Positions 1 through 11,009 of a stretch of 62,753 bases of DNA are shown piece after piece (the first letter of the stretch is position 1; each line of letters begins with the position of its first letter). The stretch lies in assembly GCA_948442015.1 (NCBI GenBank), contig CAOJRP010000006.1, positions 1 through 62,753 of the forward strand. Direction: 5' to 3'. A program made the position numbers and the translations under genes. This DNA comes from an uncultured Erysipelotrichaceae bacterium. Its GTDB lineage: Bacteria > Bacillota_I > Bacilli_A > RF39 > UBA660. Below the pieces are notes generated by a model that was not told the origin of the DNA, made no database searches, and saw nothing but the letters and a program-made list of their open reading frames with translations.

Positions 1-206
1 TGTGATTTCTGTATTTGTTTTTGTTGTATAACTTATTTCATTTGCTTTGGACCATCTTACTTTAGCGTTTATAAATGTAACTTCTATATTTCTTTAATAT
101 AATACATAACTATTTCCATTAACAAACTTAACATTATTCCAAATACTTCATTATAAATATAATTATTTTTTTTCTTAATTTTTGCATATTTACTACCCTT
201 TACTAA

Positions 207-370
207 ATCTTAATATATTACGATATAATTATAATCTTAATATTTTACGATGTCAAGAGCAGTATAAATTTTTTATTATTAAAAATACTAAAAATAAATA
301 TATTTTTTTAATATAATCTATCGTAACTTATTATGATTTAGATAGCTTTTAAGTCGTATAATGATACGAT
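207..370. promoter_or_regulatory. Divergent promoter region with four palindromic operators, consensus ATCGTA-N6-TACGAT
   Basis: atcttaatatattacgat (207-224), atcttaatattttacgat (234-251), atcgtaacttattatgat (320-337) and gtcgtataatgatacgat (353-370). They abut a minus-strand TTGACA (251-256) and overlap a plus-strand TATAAT (357-362) upstream of an XRE gene. Confidence 0.65.
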
Positions 371-374
371 ATCA

Positions 375-617
375 TTGGTGATGCGTATGAAAATAAATGC
401 TAAAGATTATAAACCTAATGAAATAATAAAATTTTTAAGGCAATATACTAATTTAACCCAAAAAGAATTTGCAAAGAAAGCTAAATTAAGTAAAAGCTCA
501 ATTGAAAAATACGAATACGGGATGGTTAATTATACTTTTGAAACTTTAATGCAAATAGCTGAACTTAATGACTTAGAAATAATTATCCAATCAAAAAAGA
601 AGAATAAGCATGATTAG
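375..617 (+). CDS. XRE-family helix-turn-helix transcriptional regulator (likely start ATG 387)
   Basis: LRQYTNLTQKEFAKKAKLSKSSIEKYEYG is an HTH_3 pattern. Confidence 0.85.
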   Translation: MVMRMKINAKDYKPNEIIKFLRQYTNLTQKEFAKKAKLSKSSIEKYEYGMVNYTFETLMQIAELNDLEIIIQSKKKNKHD

Positions 618-670
618 AATAACTTATTCTTTTTATATAATATAGCAAAATCATTTAACAAAAAAAGAAC

Positions 671-1012
671 TTATACAAGTTCCAATTTTACAGTTAGAGC
701 ATCGTCTCCAACTCTTTCTTTTAATTTAATAATTCTAGTATATCCACCATTTCTTGTTTCATACTTTTTAGCTAATTCATTAAACACTTTGCTAACTACT
801 TCTTTATCATTATGTAAGAAAGCTAGTGCTTTTCTTCTTGAAACTAGTGAACCATCTTTACCATAAGTAATCATTTTATCAACGAATTTACGTACTTCTT
901 TAGCTCTTGCTTCAGTAGTTACAACATATTCATTCATAATTACAGTTTTAGTTAAAGAAGCTAGAATACTTCTTCTTTGACGAGACTCTCTGTTTAATTT
1001 TCTATATGCCAT
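671..1012 (-). CDS. rplQ: 50S ribosomal protein L17
   Basis: MAYRKLNR...RNGGYTRIIK; last gene of the alpha operon. Confidence 0.98.
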   Translation of the reverse strand: MAYRKLNRESRQRRSILASLTKTVIMNEYVVTTEARAKEVRKFVDKMITYGKDGSLVSRRKALAFLHNDKEVVSKVFNELAKKYETRNGGYTRIIKLKERVGDDALTVKLELV

Positions 1013-1029
1013 AAAATATTTCCTCCTAC

Positions 1030-1977
1030 TTAACTACGGAACTCTAGTCCCATTTCTGATACTTTGTCTAAAACTTCTTTTAATGACTTCTTACCTAAGT
1101 TACGAATTTTCGTAACTTCCACTTCTCTTTTATTAATTAAATCTTGTACTGTATGAATTCCAGCTCTCTTCAAACAGTTATAAGCTCTAACTGAGAACTC
1201 AATTTCTTCAATTGGAGTTTCAAGAGTTTTAGTTATAGTATCTACTTTCTTTTCAGCCATTAATCCTGTTACATCACTAATAGAATTTAAATCAGTAATA
1301 ATTTCAAAATGTTCTATTAAGATTCTACCTGATAAAGCCATAGCTTCTTCAGGAGTAATTGAACCATTTGTATAAACATTCATAATTAATCTATCAAAAT
1401 TCTCATTTTGACCAACACGAGCATTTTCTACTTCGAAACCTACTCTTTCAATAGGTGAATATAATGAATCAATAGCGATAGTTCCAATTACATTGTCTCC
1501 AAGTAATTTTTGATTAGCTTTGGCATCAACATAGCCACGACCATTGGAAACAGTCATTTCCATATCAATTTTTCCGCCCTTAACTAAGTTACAAATAACT
1601 AAGTCTTTATTGATAATTTCAATATCAGCAGGTGCATCAATCATTCCAGCAGTAACTGGGCCTTCTTCTTTAGCACTAAGTCTAATAACTGCTGTTTCAT
1701 CACTACCATGATTTCTTAAAACAACACTCTTAAGGTTTAAGACAATAGTTGTAACATCTTCTCTTATGTTATCAATCTTTTGGAATTCATGGTCAACACC
1801 TTCAATTTTTACAGATGTAATAGCCGTACCTGGCATATTTTGTAACATTACTCTTCTTAAAGCATTACCAATTGTCGTACCAAAACCTCTTTCAAGTGGT
1901 TCTAAAACAAATTTTCCGTAATGATTATTTTCACTACTTTCTACAATTTTAAAATCTGGTTTTTCAAATCTTAACAT
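1030..1977 (-). CDS. rpoA: RNA polymerase alpha subunit
   Basis: EPLERGFGTTIGNALRR; alpha-CTD SVRAYNCLKRAGI. Confidence 0.99.
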   Translation of the reverse strand: MLRFEKPDFKIVESSENNHYGKFVLEPLERGFGTTIGNALRRVMLQNMPGTAITSVKIEGVDHEFQKIDNIREDVTTIVLNLKSVVLRNHGSDETAVIRLSAKEEGPVTAGMIDAPADIEIINKDLVICNLVKGGKIDMEMTVSNGRGYVDAKANQKLLGDNVIGTIAIDSLYSPIERVGFEVENARVGQNENFDRLIMNVYTNGSITPEEAMALSGRILIEHFEIITDLNSISDVTGLMAEKKVDTITKTLETPIEEIEFSVRAYNCLKRAGIHTVQDLINKREVEVTKIRNLGKKSLKEVLDKVSEMGLEFRS

Positions 1978-1995
1978 ATTCTAATCCCTCTTCCA

Positions 1996-2379
1996 TTAAT
2001 TTCTTGGTCGTTTTGGTGGACGACATCCGTTATGTGGAACTGGTGTTACATCATTAATAGCTGTTATCTCAAGTCCTGCTGTTTGTAATGAACGAATTGC
2101 ATTTTCTCGTCCAGACCCTAAACCTTTTACAAATACTTCTACTTTTTTTACTCCACAGTCAGCGGCAGCCTTGGCAGCAGCTTCAGCACTCATTCCAGCA
2201 GCATATGGAGTTTTCTTTTTACTTCCCTTGTAGCCGATTGTACCAGCTGATGCCCAACTAATTACATTACCATCTTTATCAGTTATCGATACAACAGTGT
2301 TATTATAAGTAGAATGTATATGTGCTTGTGCTTCAGGGATATTTTTCTTAACTTTTCTTTTTCTTCTATTATAAGCCAT
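1996..2379 (-). CDS. rpsK: 30S ribosomal protein S11
   Basis: [14 protein letters not shown]. Confidence 0.99.
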   Translation of the reverse strand: MAYNRRKRKVKKNIPEAQAHIHSTYNNTVVSITDKDGNVISWASAGTIGYKGSKKKTPYAAGMSAEAAAKAAADCGVKKVEVFVKGLGSGRENAIRSLQTAGLEITAINDVTPVPHNGCRPPKRPRN

Positions 2380-2397
2380 AATCTAACCTCCTATTTA

Positions 2398-2772
2398 TTA
2401 TTTACCGACTTTTTTCTTATTAGCAACTACTTTACCCTTACCTTTTCTAGTACGAGCATTTCTTGAAGTTCTTTGTCCATGAACTGGAAGACCTTTTTTA
2501 TGTCTAGTTCCTTGATAAGAATTTATTTCCATCTTACCTTTAATGTTCATTTGAACTTCTCTACGTAAGTCACCTTCAACTAAGCATTTATCTACTTCAG
2601 TTCTTAAAGCTGTAACTTCATCGTTAGTTAAGTCTTTTACTTTCTTACTTTTTTCTACCCCAGCAGACTCACATATCGTAGCAGCTAGACTTCTACCTAT
2701 ACCATAAATAGCAGTTAATCCAATTACAATATGTTTTTCATTTGGTAATTCAATATTCTTAATACGTGCCAT
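2398..2772 (-). CDS. rpsM: 30S ribosomal protein S13
   Basis: MARI...[18 protein letters not shown]. Confidence 0.99.
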   Translation of the reverse strand: MARIKNIELPNEKHIVIGLTAIYGIGRSLAATICESAGVEKSKKVKDLTNDEVTALRTEVDKCLVEGDLRREVQMNIKGKMEINSYQGTRHKKGLPVHGQRTSRNARTRKGKGKVVANKKKVGK

Positions 2773-2784
2773 AATTTCCTCCTA

Positions 2785-2898
2785 TTAACCTTGAGTTTGT
2801 TTGTGTTTTGGGTTTTCACAAATAACCATTACTTTACCTTTTCTTTTAATTATTTTGCATTTCGCACAGATTTTTTTCACTGATGGTCTTACTTTCAT
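2785..2898 (-). CDS. rpmJ: 50S ribosomal protein L36 (not in the ORF track)
   Basis: Manual translation [37 protein letters not shown], with GGAGG RBS, between infA and rpsM. Confidence 0.98.
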   Translation of the reverse strand: MKVRPSVKKICAKCKIIKRKGKVMVICENPKHKQTQG

Positions 2899-2911
2899 AA
2901 TTTACCTCCAT

Positions 2912-3130
2912 TTATCTATTATTCCATATAATACGCCCACGTTTTAAATCGTAAGGTGACAACTCTATTGTTACTTTGTCGCCTGGTAAGATACGAATTG
3001 TATTTACTCGCATTTTACCAGAAACGTAGGCTTCAACAATATGTCCATTGGGTAATTCCGCAATGAATTTGTAACCTTTTAATACTTCAATTATTTTTGC
3101 TTCAACTTCAATTTTTTGTTCTTTAGCCAT
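2912..3130 (-). CDS. infA: Translation initiation factor IF-1
   Basis: [26 protein letters not shown]. Confidence 0.98.
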   Translation of the reverse strand: MAKEQKIEVEAKIIEVLKGYKFIAELPNGHIVEAYVSGKMRVNTIRILPGDKVTIELSPYDLKRGRIIWNNR

Positions 3131-3791
3131 TTAATCTATCTCCTGTTAAAATTTGTTCTATAGTCTCAAATACTTCTTTAGTACTTTTATTTGAATCGAC
3201 AATTTTTAGGATTCCCTTTTCTTTATAATACTCTAATAAAGGAGAAGTTTCCTTTAAATAAGTATTAAATCTTATCTTAAACGTTTCTTCATTATCATCT
3301 TGTCTTTTTGTTAATTCTATATTACAGTCATCACAAGTAAACTCATTTTTTGGCATTAGTTCTTCGATACTACTATGATAACCTCTGCCACACTTACTAC
3401 ATGTTAGTCTGCCTAGTGCTCTTTTAGTTGCTGTCGTCTCATCTAAATCTAGATATATCGCCACAACTTCATCTTTACTAATATTTAACTCTTCAAAAAT
3501 AGTATTTAAGATTTCTGCTTGGCTATAAACTCTAGGATACCCATCTAAGATAAAATTACCTTTAATAGTAGCAAGTTTATTTTTAAGCATCTTTGTAACT
3601 ATCTCATCAGGAACTAAATTGCCTTTATCTATTAAAGCTTTAATCTCTTTACCTAAATCAGTACCTTTTTTGATTTCTTCTCTTAAAAGGTCCCCTGTTG
3701 AGATATGAGTATAGTTATATTTAGATACAAGTCGCTCACTTTGAGTTCCCTTGCCAGCAGCAGGGGGAGCAATAAAGATAATATTTTGCAT
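3123..3791 (-). CDS. adk: Adenylate kinase with zinc-lid cysteines
   Basis: [11 protein letters not shown]-loop, STGDLLR, LDGYPR, CxxC...CxxC lid. Confidence 0.98.
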   Translation of the reverse strand: MQNIIFIAPPAAGKGTQSERLVSKYNYTHISTGDLLREEIKKGTDLGKEIKALIDKGNLVPDEIVTKMLKNKLATIKGNFILDGYPRVYSQAEILNTIFEELNISKDEVVAIYLDLDETTATKRALGRLTCSKCGRGYHSSIEELMPKNEFTCDDCNIELTKRQDDNEETFKIRFNTYLKETSPLLEYYKEKGILKIVDSNKSTKEVFETIEQILTGDRLNG

Positions 3792-5053
3792 TATTTCTTA
3801 ATTCCCCTTCTGTGACTACGGCTTACTAAACTACTTTCAATTTGTTTGTATGTTTCAATAGCAACACCAACAACGATTAATAGTCCAGTTCCTCCTAATG
3901 ATACAGAGTTAGGTAATCCAGAAATTCTTGAGAATACTATTGGAAGTCCGGCAATTATCATTAAGAAGATTGTTCCTACAATTGTTAATTTTCCTAAAGT
4001 ATTACTTATATATTTGTTGGTAGCTTCCCCCGGCCTTACACCTGGGATATAAGCTCCACTTTTATTTAAATTCTTACTCATTTCTTCAGGATTCATTTGT
4101 AAATATGTATAGAAATATCCAAAGAAGAATATTAAAGCCATATAAAGGATTAATCCTGTATTGGTAGTATTAAATGATAAGTACTTTTCTGCAAAAGCCA
4201 TTGCTTTTTCATTCCCAATAAAATTAATTATTGTTGTTGGGATTGTTAAAATAGATGATGCAAATATTACAGGTATAACCCCAGCAGAGTTTAATTTAAT
4301 TGGCAAGAAGTTTTGATTTGTACTACTTGCAGAATGAGTACGATTAGCATACTGAATAGGAATTCTTCGCTCAGCTAGTTGTACCCATATAATTCCTATA
4401 ATAACAGCTAAGTAAACAATAACGAAACCACCAAACATAACACTTCCTACTACTTTTGTAAAAGTTTCACCTAAAACTAAGTCATTGAAAGCTGTTATAA
4501 ATGTTGTTGGCATTGATTGTAATATACCAGCCATTATTATTAGGGATAATCCATTACCAATACCATATTTAGTAATTTGGTCCCCAATCCATAGTAAGAA
4601 TGCAGTTCCAGCAGTTATTACTAAAGATGTTTTTAAAAGGGTCATTGCATCATGACTTCCCATATAAGCATACGAGAAGACATAAGCTTGAATAAAAGCA
4701 AAAATGATTCCTAAATATCTAGTTATTTTATTAATTTTTTGTCTACCTGTATATCCTTGTTCTTTTAACTCTTTAAAATATGGAATGATATCCATTTGTA
4801 ATAATTGAGTTATGATTTGAGCTGTGATATAAGGTGTTACACCTAAGGCAAAAATTGAGAAATATTTTAGTCCTCCACCACTCATTAAGTTGTAGATTTC
4901 TAAAAATCCTAATTCTTCATAAACAATAGAAGCCCAAGGAACAGTTATATTCGTTCCAAAGCTAAATATTGCTAAGCAGAATAGTGTAAAATAAATTCTT
5001 TTCCTTAAGTCTTTATTAGTCGGAGACATTAGTTGTTTTATTTTAGAAAACAT
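3791..5053 (-). CDS. secY: Preprotein translocase SecY
   Basis: SIFALGVTPYITA, IPGVRPG, GGTGLLIVVGV. Confidence 0.99.
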   Translation of the reverse strand: MFSKIKQLMSPTNKDLRKRIYFTLFCLAIFSFGTNITVPWASIVYEELGFLEIYNLMSGGGLKYFSIFALGVTPYITAQIITQLLQMDIIPYFKELKEQGYTGRQKINKITRYLGIIFAFIQAYVFSYAYMGSHDAMTLLKTSLVITAGTAFLLWIGDQITKYGIGNGLSLIIMAGILQSMPTTFITAFNDLVLGETFTKVVGSVMFGGFVIVYLAVIIGIIWVQLAERRIPIQYANRTHSASSTNQNFLPIKLNSAGVIPVIFASSILTIPTTIINFIGNEKAMAFAEKYLSFNTTNTGLILYMALIFFFGYFYTYLQMNPEEMSKNLNKSGAYIPGVRPGEATNKYISNTLGKLTIVGTIFLMIIAGLPIVFSRISGLPNSVSLGGTGLLIVVGVAIETYKQIESSLVSRSHRRGIKK

Positions 5054-5497
5054 CTAAATCACCTCTGTCTTGCCGCCAGCTCTTTCAATTTTTGTTACAG
5101 CGGTACTTGAGAAACGAGTTGCTTTTACAGTTAGCTTTCTTTCAAGTTCACCATTACCTAGGACTTTGATACCATTAAGTTGCTTTTTAACAATTCCTCT
5201 TTCTTTCAATACTTCTGGAGTAACTACATCTCCATCTTGAAAGTATTTATTCAAATCACTTAAATTAATAGTTGCATATTTTGTTTCAAAACGAGCATTG
5301 TTAAATCCTCTTTTAGGGATTCTTCTATATAATGGTGATTGTCCACCTTGGAACCAAGGTTTGATACTAACACCACTACGAGATTTTTGTCCGTTTTCAC
5401 CACGAGTAGATGTTTTACCCATGCCTGAACCTGGGCCACGTCCTACTCTTTTTCTTACTTTCGCTTCGGGTGAACGTGCTAATTCGTTTAATTTCAT
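5054..5497 (-). CDS. rplO: 50S ribosomal protein L15 (start MKLNEL)
   Basis: RVGRGPGSGMGKTSTRG, FQGGQSPLYRRIPKRGF. Confidence 0.98.
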   Translation of the reverse strand: MKLNELARSPEAKVRKRVGRGPGSGMGKTSTRGENGQKSRSGVSIKPWFQGGQSPLYRRIPKRGFNNARFETKYATINLSDLNKYFQDGDVVTPEVLKERGIVKKQLNGIKVLGNGELERKLTVKATRFSSTAVTKIERAGGKTEVI

Positions 5498-5498
5498 C

Positions 5499-6002
5499 TT
5501 ATAACTCCTCAACTTTCTTACCACGAAGTGCAGCAACTTTCGCTGGTGTTTTTTGCATTTTTAAAGCTTCTAAAGTAGCTTTTGCAACATTGATTTTTGT
5601 ATTTGCTCCAAGTGATTTGGAAACGATATCTTTAACTCCGGCAAGTTCTAGAACAGCTCTTGCTGCACCTCCAGCAATAATTCCTGTACCTTCTTTAGCA
5701 GGTTTTATTAAAACTGAAGCACGACCAACTTTACCAGTAGCTTCATGCGGAATTGTTCTTCCATCGATTAAGGCAACTTTTGTTACATTTTTATTAGCTG
5801 CTTGAATAGCTTTTTTAATAGCTTCTGGTACTTCATTTGATTTACCAGTACCAATACCAACTAATCCTTTTCTATTTCCAACGACAACAGTAGCCGAAAA
5901 TCTAAAGTGACGACCACCTTTTGTTACTTTTGTAACACGACCAATTGATACAACTGTTTCTTCAAGCAGATTCTTTTTAGAGTCCATATCTTGTTTTGGC
6001 AT
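5499..6002 (-). CDS. rpsE: 30S ribosomal protein S5
   Basis: [22 protein letters not shown]. Confidence 0.99.
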   Translation of the reverse strand: MPKQDMDSKKNLLEETVVSIGRVTKVTKGGRHFRFSATVVVGNRKGLVGIGTGKSNEVPEAIKKAIQAANKNVTKVALIDGRTIPHEATGKVGRASVLIKPAKEGTGIIAGGAARAVLELAGVKDIVSKSLGANTKINVAKATLEALKMQKTPAKVAALRGKKVEEL

Positions 6003-6016
6003 ATTTTTACCTCCTT

Positions 6017-6373
6017 TTAGAATTCTAGTCCATTTTCGCGTGCAGCTTCAGCTAAAGCTTTAACACGACCATGGTAAAGGTATCCACCTCTATCAAAAAC
6101 GACAGTTTTTATTTTTTTATTTTTAGCTTTCTCAGCAATATCTTTTCCTACAAGGCTTGCACCTTCGATATTACTTCCATTTTTTATTTTTAGTTCTACT
6201 GATGAAGAGCTTACTAAGGTAGTACCATTAGTATCATCAATGATTTGAGCAAAAATTTCATTATTAGACCTAAAAACATTTAATCTTGGACATTCTTTTG
6301 TTCCGCTTATTTTAGCACGAACTCTGTCATGTCTTCTTTTACGTACAACATTTCTTGATTCTTTTTTTATCAT
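6017..6373 (-). CDS. rplR: 50S ribosomal protein L18
   Basis: [27 protein letters not shown]. Confidence 0.99.
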   Translation of the reverse strand: MIKKESRNVVRKRRHDRVRAKISGTKECPRLNVFRSNNEIFAQIIDDTNGTTLVSSSSVELKIKNGSNIEGASLVGKDIAEKAKNKKIKTVVFDRGGYLYHGRVKALAEAARENGLEF

Positions 6374-6393
6374 AATTTCGACTCCTTACCTTA

Positions 6394-6930
6394 TTAAGCT
6401 GCTTTCTTACCTTCTTTACGACGTACATATTCATCTTTATAACGAATACCTTTACCTTTATATGGTTCTGGTTCTCTTATTTTACGAATATTCGCCGCAA
6501 GTTCAGATACTCTTTGCTTACTACTTCCTGAAATAGTAATCTCCGTATTACTTACTTGTTCTACCTTCATGTCAGATGGAACAACTACTTCAATTGGGTG
6601 AGAATAACCCGCATTAACAGAAATTTTATTTCCTGCAACGTTGAAACGATATCCTACACCAACTGCTTCTAAGCTTTTACTATACCCTTCCGTTACACCA
6701 ATCAACATATTGTTAATTAAAGCATTAGTAGTTCCATGTAATTGTTTAGCTTGTTTTGTTTCATTTTTTCTGTTAGTAATTATTTTTCCTTCAACTTCTT
6801 TAACTTCGATTAATGAATTATAACTTTCTTGTAATTCCGCTTTAGGTCCTTTTACTTTAACTAAGTTATCAGTTATTTCAACAGTAACTCCACTAGGTAT
6901 TACAAGCTCTCTTTTTCCTATTCTACTCAT
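6394..6930 (-). CDS. rplF: 50S ribosomal protein L6
   Basis: MSRIGK...PEPYKGKGIRY. Confidence 0.99.
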   Translation of the reverse strand: MSRIGKRELVIPSGVTVEITDNLVKVKGPKAELQESYNSLIEVKEVEGKIITNRKNETKQAKQLHGTTNALINNMLIGVTEGYSKSLEAVGVGYRFNVAGNKISVNAGYSHPIEVVVPSDMKVEQVSNTEITISGSSKQRVSELAANIRKIREPEPYKGKGIRYKDEYVRRKEGKKAA

Positions 6931-6942
6931 AGTTAATTTTCC

Positions 6943-7338
6943 TTACCAAATATAGGCAAGTACTTCTCCTCCTAGACTAGCCTCACGGGCTTCTTTGTCA
7001 GTCATTAATCCTTTTGAAGTTGAAATAATTGCAATTCCTAGTCCATTTAGAACACGAGGAATTTCATTACTTTTAGCATAAACACGTAATCCTGATTTAC
7101 TAATTCTTTTAAGTCCAGTGATTACTCTTTCTTTCTTCTCGCCATATTTTAGAGTTATAGTTAATTTATCTCCTTTAATATCTTTATCGTACTGAAAGTC
7201 AGTGATAAATCCTTCTCTTTTAAGAATTTCAGCAATTCCTAAAGTCATTTTTGACCCTAAAACAACAACTGTTTCATATTTCATTTGATTTGCATTACGA
7301 ATTCTTGTAAGCATATCAGCAATTCTATCATTTACCAT
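6943..7338 (-). CDS. rpsH: 30S ribosomal protein S8
   Basis: [20 protein letters not shown]. Confidence 0.99.
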   Translation of the reverse strand: MVNDRIADMLTRIRNANQMKYETVVVLGSKMTLGIAEILKREGFITDFQYDKDIKGDKLTITLKYGEKKERVITGLKRISKSGLRVYAKSNEIPRVLNGLGIAIISTSKGLMTDKEAREASLGGEVLAYIW

Positions 7339-7356
7339 AATTAAATTCCTCCTTTC

Positions 7357-7542
7357 CTACCAACTAGATTTCTTTACGCCAGGTATTTTACCTTCATTTG
7401 CTAATTCTCTAAAGCAAATACGGCATAGTTTATATTTGCGAAGTACGCCATGAGGACGTCCACATCTTTCGCAACGAGTATAAGCTCTAGATTTGAATTT
7501 TGGAGCTCTTTTTGATTTTACAATCATACTTGTTTTTGCCAT
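7357..7542 (-). CDS. rpsZ: 30S ribosomal protein S14, zinc-binding type Z (start MAKTS)
   Basis: [10 protein letters not shown]...LCRICFRE; 61 aa. Confidence 0.97.
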   Translation of the reverse strand: MAKTSMIVKSKRAPKFKSRAYTRCERCGRPHGVLRKYKLCRICFRELANEGKIPGVKKSSW

Positions 7543-7561
7543 AAATATTTTCCTCCTCTTT

Positions 7562-8101
7562 CTACTTTCTAAAAGGCATACCAAATGCACTTAATAGTTT
7601 TAATGCTTCTTCGTTAGTTTTAGCAGTTGTAACAAATATGATATCCATACCTCTTACTTTTGCTACATCATCATAGTTAATTTCTGAGAAAATTAGTTGT
7701 TCTTTAATTCCTAAAGTATAATTTCCTTTACCATCAAATGCTGTTTTAGATATTCCTCTAAAATCTCTTACACGAGGTAGGGCAATTTTAACTAATTTTT
7801 CCATGAAGTTATACATATTTTCACCACGAAGTGTTACTTTAACACCAATTGGTTGTCCTTCTCTTATTTTGAAACCAGCTATAGATTTACGAGCTTTTGT
7901 TACAACTGGTTTTTGCATTGCGATTAACTCAAGATCATGAGCTGCTGCTTCAATCCACTTTGAATCTTGTGAACCTTCTCCTACACCCATGTTAATAACT
8001 ATTTTTTCTAATTTTGGCACTTGCATTCTTGATGTATAGTTAAATTCTTTTGTTAACTCAGCAACTATTTTGTCATTATATAATTCTTTAAAATTACTCA
8101 T
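7562..8101 (-). CDS. rplE: 50S ribosomal protein L5
   Basis: [19 protein letters not shown]. Confidence 0.99.
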   Translation of the reverse strand: MSNFKELYNDKIVAELTKEFNYTSRMQVPKLEKIVINMGVGEGSQDSKWIEAAAHDLELIAMQKPVVTKARKSIAGFKIREGQPIGVKVTLRGENMYNFMEKLVKIALPRVRDFRGISKTAFDGKGNYTLGIKEQLIFSEINYDDVAKVRGMDIIFVTTAKTNEEALKLLSAFGMPFRK

Positions 8102-8109
8102 ATCATCAC

Positions 8110-8427
8110 CTATTTGCTAGCTTTCTTTTTAGTTTCTTTTTTAGCAGTAGTTTTCTTTTCAGTTTTTACAACTTTTTCTTCTTTTACTTCTTTTTTAGGT
8201 TTTGTAGTTTTTTCTATTTTTTTAACATTTGAAACATGGATAGGAGCTTCCATATCTAGAATTCCACCTGTTTCAGTAGTTCTTCCGGGTTTAATGTGCT
8301 TTTTAACAATGTTAATGCCTTCGACAATAACTTTGTCTTTTGTTTTAAGAGTTTTGATTACTTTTCCCTCTTTGCCCTTATCTTTACCAGCAATTATTTT
8401 AACATTATCTCCAACTTTAATTTTCAT
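8110..8427 (-). CDS. rplX: 50S ribosomal protein L24 with Lys/Glu/Thr-rich tail (start MKIKV)
   Basis: KOW motif [26 protein letters not shown]. Confidence 0.97.
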   Translation of the reverse strand: MKIKVGDNVKIIAGKDKGKEGKVIKTLKTKDKVIVEGINIVKKHIKPGRTTETGGILDMEAPIHVSNVKKIEKTTKPKKEVKEEKVVKTEKKTTAKKETKKKASK

Positions 8428-8440
8428 ATAATTGGCCTCC

Positions 8441-8809
8441 TTATAATACTTCTGGTGCAAGAGATACAATCTTCATGAAGTCTTTATCTCTTAACTCACG
8501 AGCAACTGGTCCTAAAACTCTTGTTCCTACTGGACTCTTATCATCTTTGATTAAGACACAAGCATTGTCATCAAATTTGATATATGAGCCATCTGCACGT
8601 CGTACACCTTGAACTGTTCTTACTATAACAGCTTTAACTACTTTACCTTTTTTAATATTACTATTTGGAATAGCTTTTTTTACTGTTCCTACTACTATAT
8701 CTCCGATATTTCCATATCTTACTTTAGAGCCACCCATTACCCTAATTACAAGGATTTCTCTAGCTCCAGAGTTGTCAGCAACTTTAAGTCTTGATTCTTG
8801 CATTAACAT
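8441..8809 (-). CDS. rplN: 50S ribosomal protein L14
   Basis: [17 protein letters not shown]. Confidence 0.99.
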   Translation of the reverse strand: MLMQESRLKVADNSGAREILVIRVMGGSKVRYGNIGDIVVGTVKKAIPNSNIKKGKVVKAVIVRTVQGVRRADGSYIKFDDNACVLIKDDKSPVGTRVLGPVARELRDKDFMKIVSLAPEVL

Positions 8810-8821
8810 AATAAGTACCTC

Positions 8822-9082
8822 CTATAGGATAACAGCTTCAATAAGTACTTCAACTAGTTCATATCTTTTAGTTTTAGATAATGGTCTAGTTGCTACTATT
8901 TTAACTGTATCTCCTTCTTTAGCTTTGTTTTGTTCATCATGAGCTACATATTTCTTTGAGTATTTAACTCTTTTTCCATATAGTGGATGCTTTTTATAAG
9001 TTTCAACTAAAACAGTAATAGTTTTATCGCATTTAGCACTAACAACTTTACCAATTAATTCTTGTCTTTTAGTTTCTGCCAT
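8822..9082 (-). CDS. rpsQ: 30S ribosomal protein S17
   Basis: KHPLYGK...TRPLSKTKR. Confidence 0.98.
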   Translation of the reverse strand: MAETKRQELIGKVVSAKCDKTITVLVETYKKHPLYGKRVKYSKKYVAHDEQNKAKEGDTVKIVATRPLSKTKRYELVEVLIEAVIL

Positions 9083-9294
9083 TATTTTTCGCCTCCAATT
9101 TTTCTTTCACTTAGAATAGTTTTCATTCTAGCGATATCTTTCTTAAGCTCGTGAATCCTGTTAGGTTTTTCTAAAGTTCCTGTTGATTGTTTTAATCTTA
9201 GACTAAACAATTCTTCTTTAGATTCTTTGATTTTTGTTTCTAATTCTTCATCTGTAAGTTTTCTTAAATCAGCCAACTTTTCATTAACCTTCAT
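9082..9294 (-). CDS. rpmC: 50S ribosomal protein L29
   Basis: [17 protein letters not shown]...IARMKTIL; position in the operon. Confidence 0.96.
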   Translation of the reverse strand: MKVNEKLADLRKLTDEELETKIKESKEELFSLRLKQSTGTLEKPNRIHELKKDIARMKTILSERKIGGEK

Positions 9295-9718
9295 TTGATT
9301 CACCACCCTTTACTTCTCTTTTAACAAATTTTGTTTTAATAGGTAGTTTATGACTAGCAAGTCTTAGGGCTTCTCTTGCAATTTCTTCAGAAACGCCCCC
9401 AACTTCAAACATGATTTTACCAGTTTTTACTACTGCTACCCATTCTTCTACGTTACCTTTTCCTGTACCTTGTCTTTGTTCTAAAGGTTTTTTAGTACGA
9501 GCCATGTGTGGGAAAATATTTATCCATACTTTTCCACCACGTTTCATATAACGAGTCATTGCTATACGAGCAGCTTCTATTTGACGAGCACTTATCCATG
9601 CTCCTTCTTTAGCTTGTAAACCATATTCACCAAATTGTAATTCTAGATTACCTCTTGCGTGTCCGTCATATGAGATACGATGTGGTTTACGATATTTAGT
9701 TCTCTTTGGAATTAACAT
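9284..9718 (-). CDS. rplP: 50S ribosomal protein L16 (start MLIPK)
   Basis: [27 protein letters not shown]. Confidence 0.98.
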   Translation of the reverse strand: MLIPKRTKYRKPHRISYDGHARGNLELQFGEYGLQAKEGAWISARQIEAARIAMTRYMKRGGKVWINIFPHMARTKKPLEQRQGTGKGNVEEWVAVVKTGKIMFEVGGVSEEIAREALRLASHKLPIKTKFVKREVKGGESNEG

Positions 9719-10373
9719 CTTTTGTAACTCCTTTCCTTGCCTTAGTAGGAAGGATTTCTCCTTTGTAAATCCATACTTTGACACCAATCTTACCATAAGT
9801 TGTATTAGCTTCACTTATAGCATAATCGATATTAGCTCTTAAAGTATGTAGAGGAACTGTACCTTCAGTATAACCTTCAGTTCTTGCCATTTCAGCTCCA
9901 GCTAAACGACCTGAAACTGAAGTTTTAATTCCTTTAGCTCCTGCTTTCATTGTATTTCTAATTGCACGTTTTTGAGCACTTCTAAATGGAGCTCTGGCTT
10001 CGATTTGTGAAGCTATTTGGTCAGCAACTAGTTGGGCATTTAAATCAGGATTTTTAACTTCAACTATTGATACATAGATATCTTCGTCTACTAACTTTTT
10101 TAAGGCTTTCTTTAATTTTTCAATATCTTCTCCACCTTTACCGATGATAATACCTGGTTTAGCAGAGTTGATTTTAACTTCTGTTCTTTTTGGGTTTCTT
10201 TCAATAATAACTGATGCAACAGCAGCATCTTTTAATTCACGAGCGATATATTCACGGATTTTAACATCTTTGTTTAATAAATCACCGAAATCTTTTTTAG
10301 ATGCAAACCATTTAGAATCCCAGTCTTTATTTACTCCGATTCTTAGGCCGATTGGATTAACTTTTTGTCCCAT
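9696..10373 (-). CDS. rpsC: 30S ribosomal protein S3 (start MGQKV)
   Basis: [31 protein letters not shown]. Confidence 0.99.
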   Translation of the reverse strand: MGQKVNPIGLRIGVNKDWDSKWFASKKDFGDLLNKDVKIREYIARELKDAAVASVIIERNPKRTEVKINSAKPGIIIGKGGEDIEKLKKALKKLVDEDIYVSIVEVKNPDLNAQLVADQIASQIEARAPFRSAQKRAIRNTMKAGAKGIKTSVSGRLAGAEMARTEGYTEGTVPLHTLRANIDYAISEANTTYGKIGVKVWIYKGEILPTKARKGVTKDVNSKEN

Positions 10374-10374
10374 A

Positions 10375-10719
10375 TTATTTAGCCTCCTTATCATCACTTA
10401 CTTTAATAGTAATATGACTTGTTCTTTTATCTCTTCTATCAACTTTTGTTCTACTTCCAAATTTGATTCTCTTTAGAACTTGTCCTGGATTAATATAGCA
10501 AGAAGAGATAAATAGTTCAGATTCATTAGCACCATTATTATTAACAGCATTAGCGATAGCAGATTTTAATACTTTTTCGATTAATCTACTTGCTTTAGTA
10601 TTTGTGTTTTTTAAGATAGCTTCGGCAGTAGCTACATCTTTTCCTCTTATAAGGTCAAGTGTCATTCTTGCTTTTCTTGGAGCTATCATTGCACCTTTAT
10701 GTATTGCATATGCTTCCAT
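10375..10719 (-). CDS. rplV: 50S ribosomal protein L22
   Basis: [15 protein letters not shown]. Confidence 0.97.
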   Translation of the reverse strand: MEAYAIHKGAMIAPRKARMTLDLIRGKDVATAEAILKNTNTKASRLIEKVLKSAIANAVNNNGANESELFISSCYINPGQVLKRIKFGSRTKVDRRDKRTSHITIKVSDDKEAK

Positions 10720-10733
10720 TACTTATTTCCCTC

Positions 10734-10997
10734 CTACTTTTGTCCAGCATGTCCGCCGAATTTACGAGTCATCGCAAATTCTCCAAGCTTATGTCCAACC
10801 ATATCTTCAGTAACATAAACAGGAATAAATTCTTTACCATTATGTACTGCAAATGTATGTCCGATGAAATCAGGATAGATAGTTGAACGACGAGACCAAG
10901 TCTTGATAACTTCTTTTTTATTGTTTTTATTTAATTCTTGAACCTTACTAAGTAATCTATCGAATACATAAGGTCCTTTTTTCAAACTTCTTGCCAT
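10734..10997 (-). CDS. rpsS: 30S ribosomal protein S19
   Basis: [18 protein letters not shown]. Confidence 0.99.
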   Translation of the reverse strand: MARSLKKGPYVFDRLLSKVQELNKNNKKEVIKTWSRRSTIYPDFIGHTFAVHNGKEFIPVYVTEDMVGHKLGEFAMTRKFGGHAGQK

Positions 10998-11009
10998 CTT
11001 TCTTTCCTC

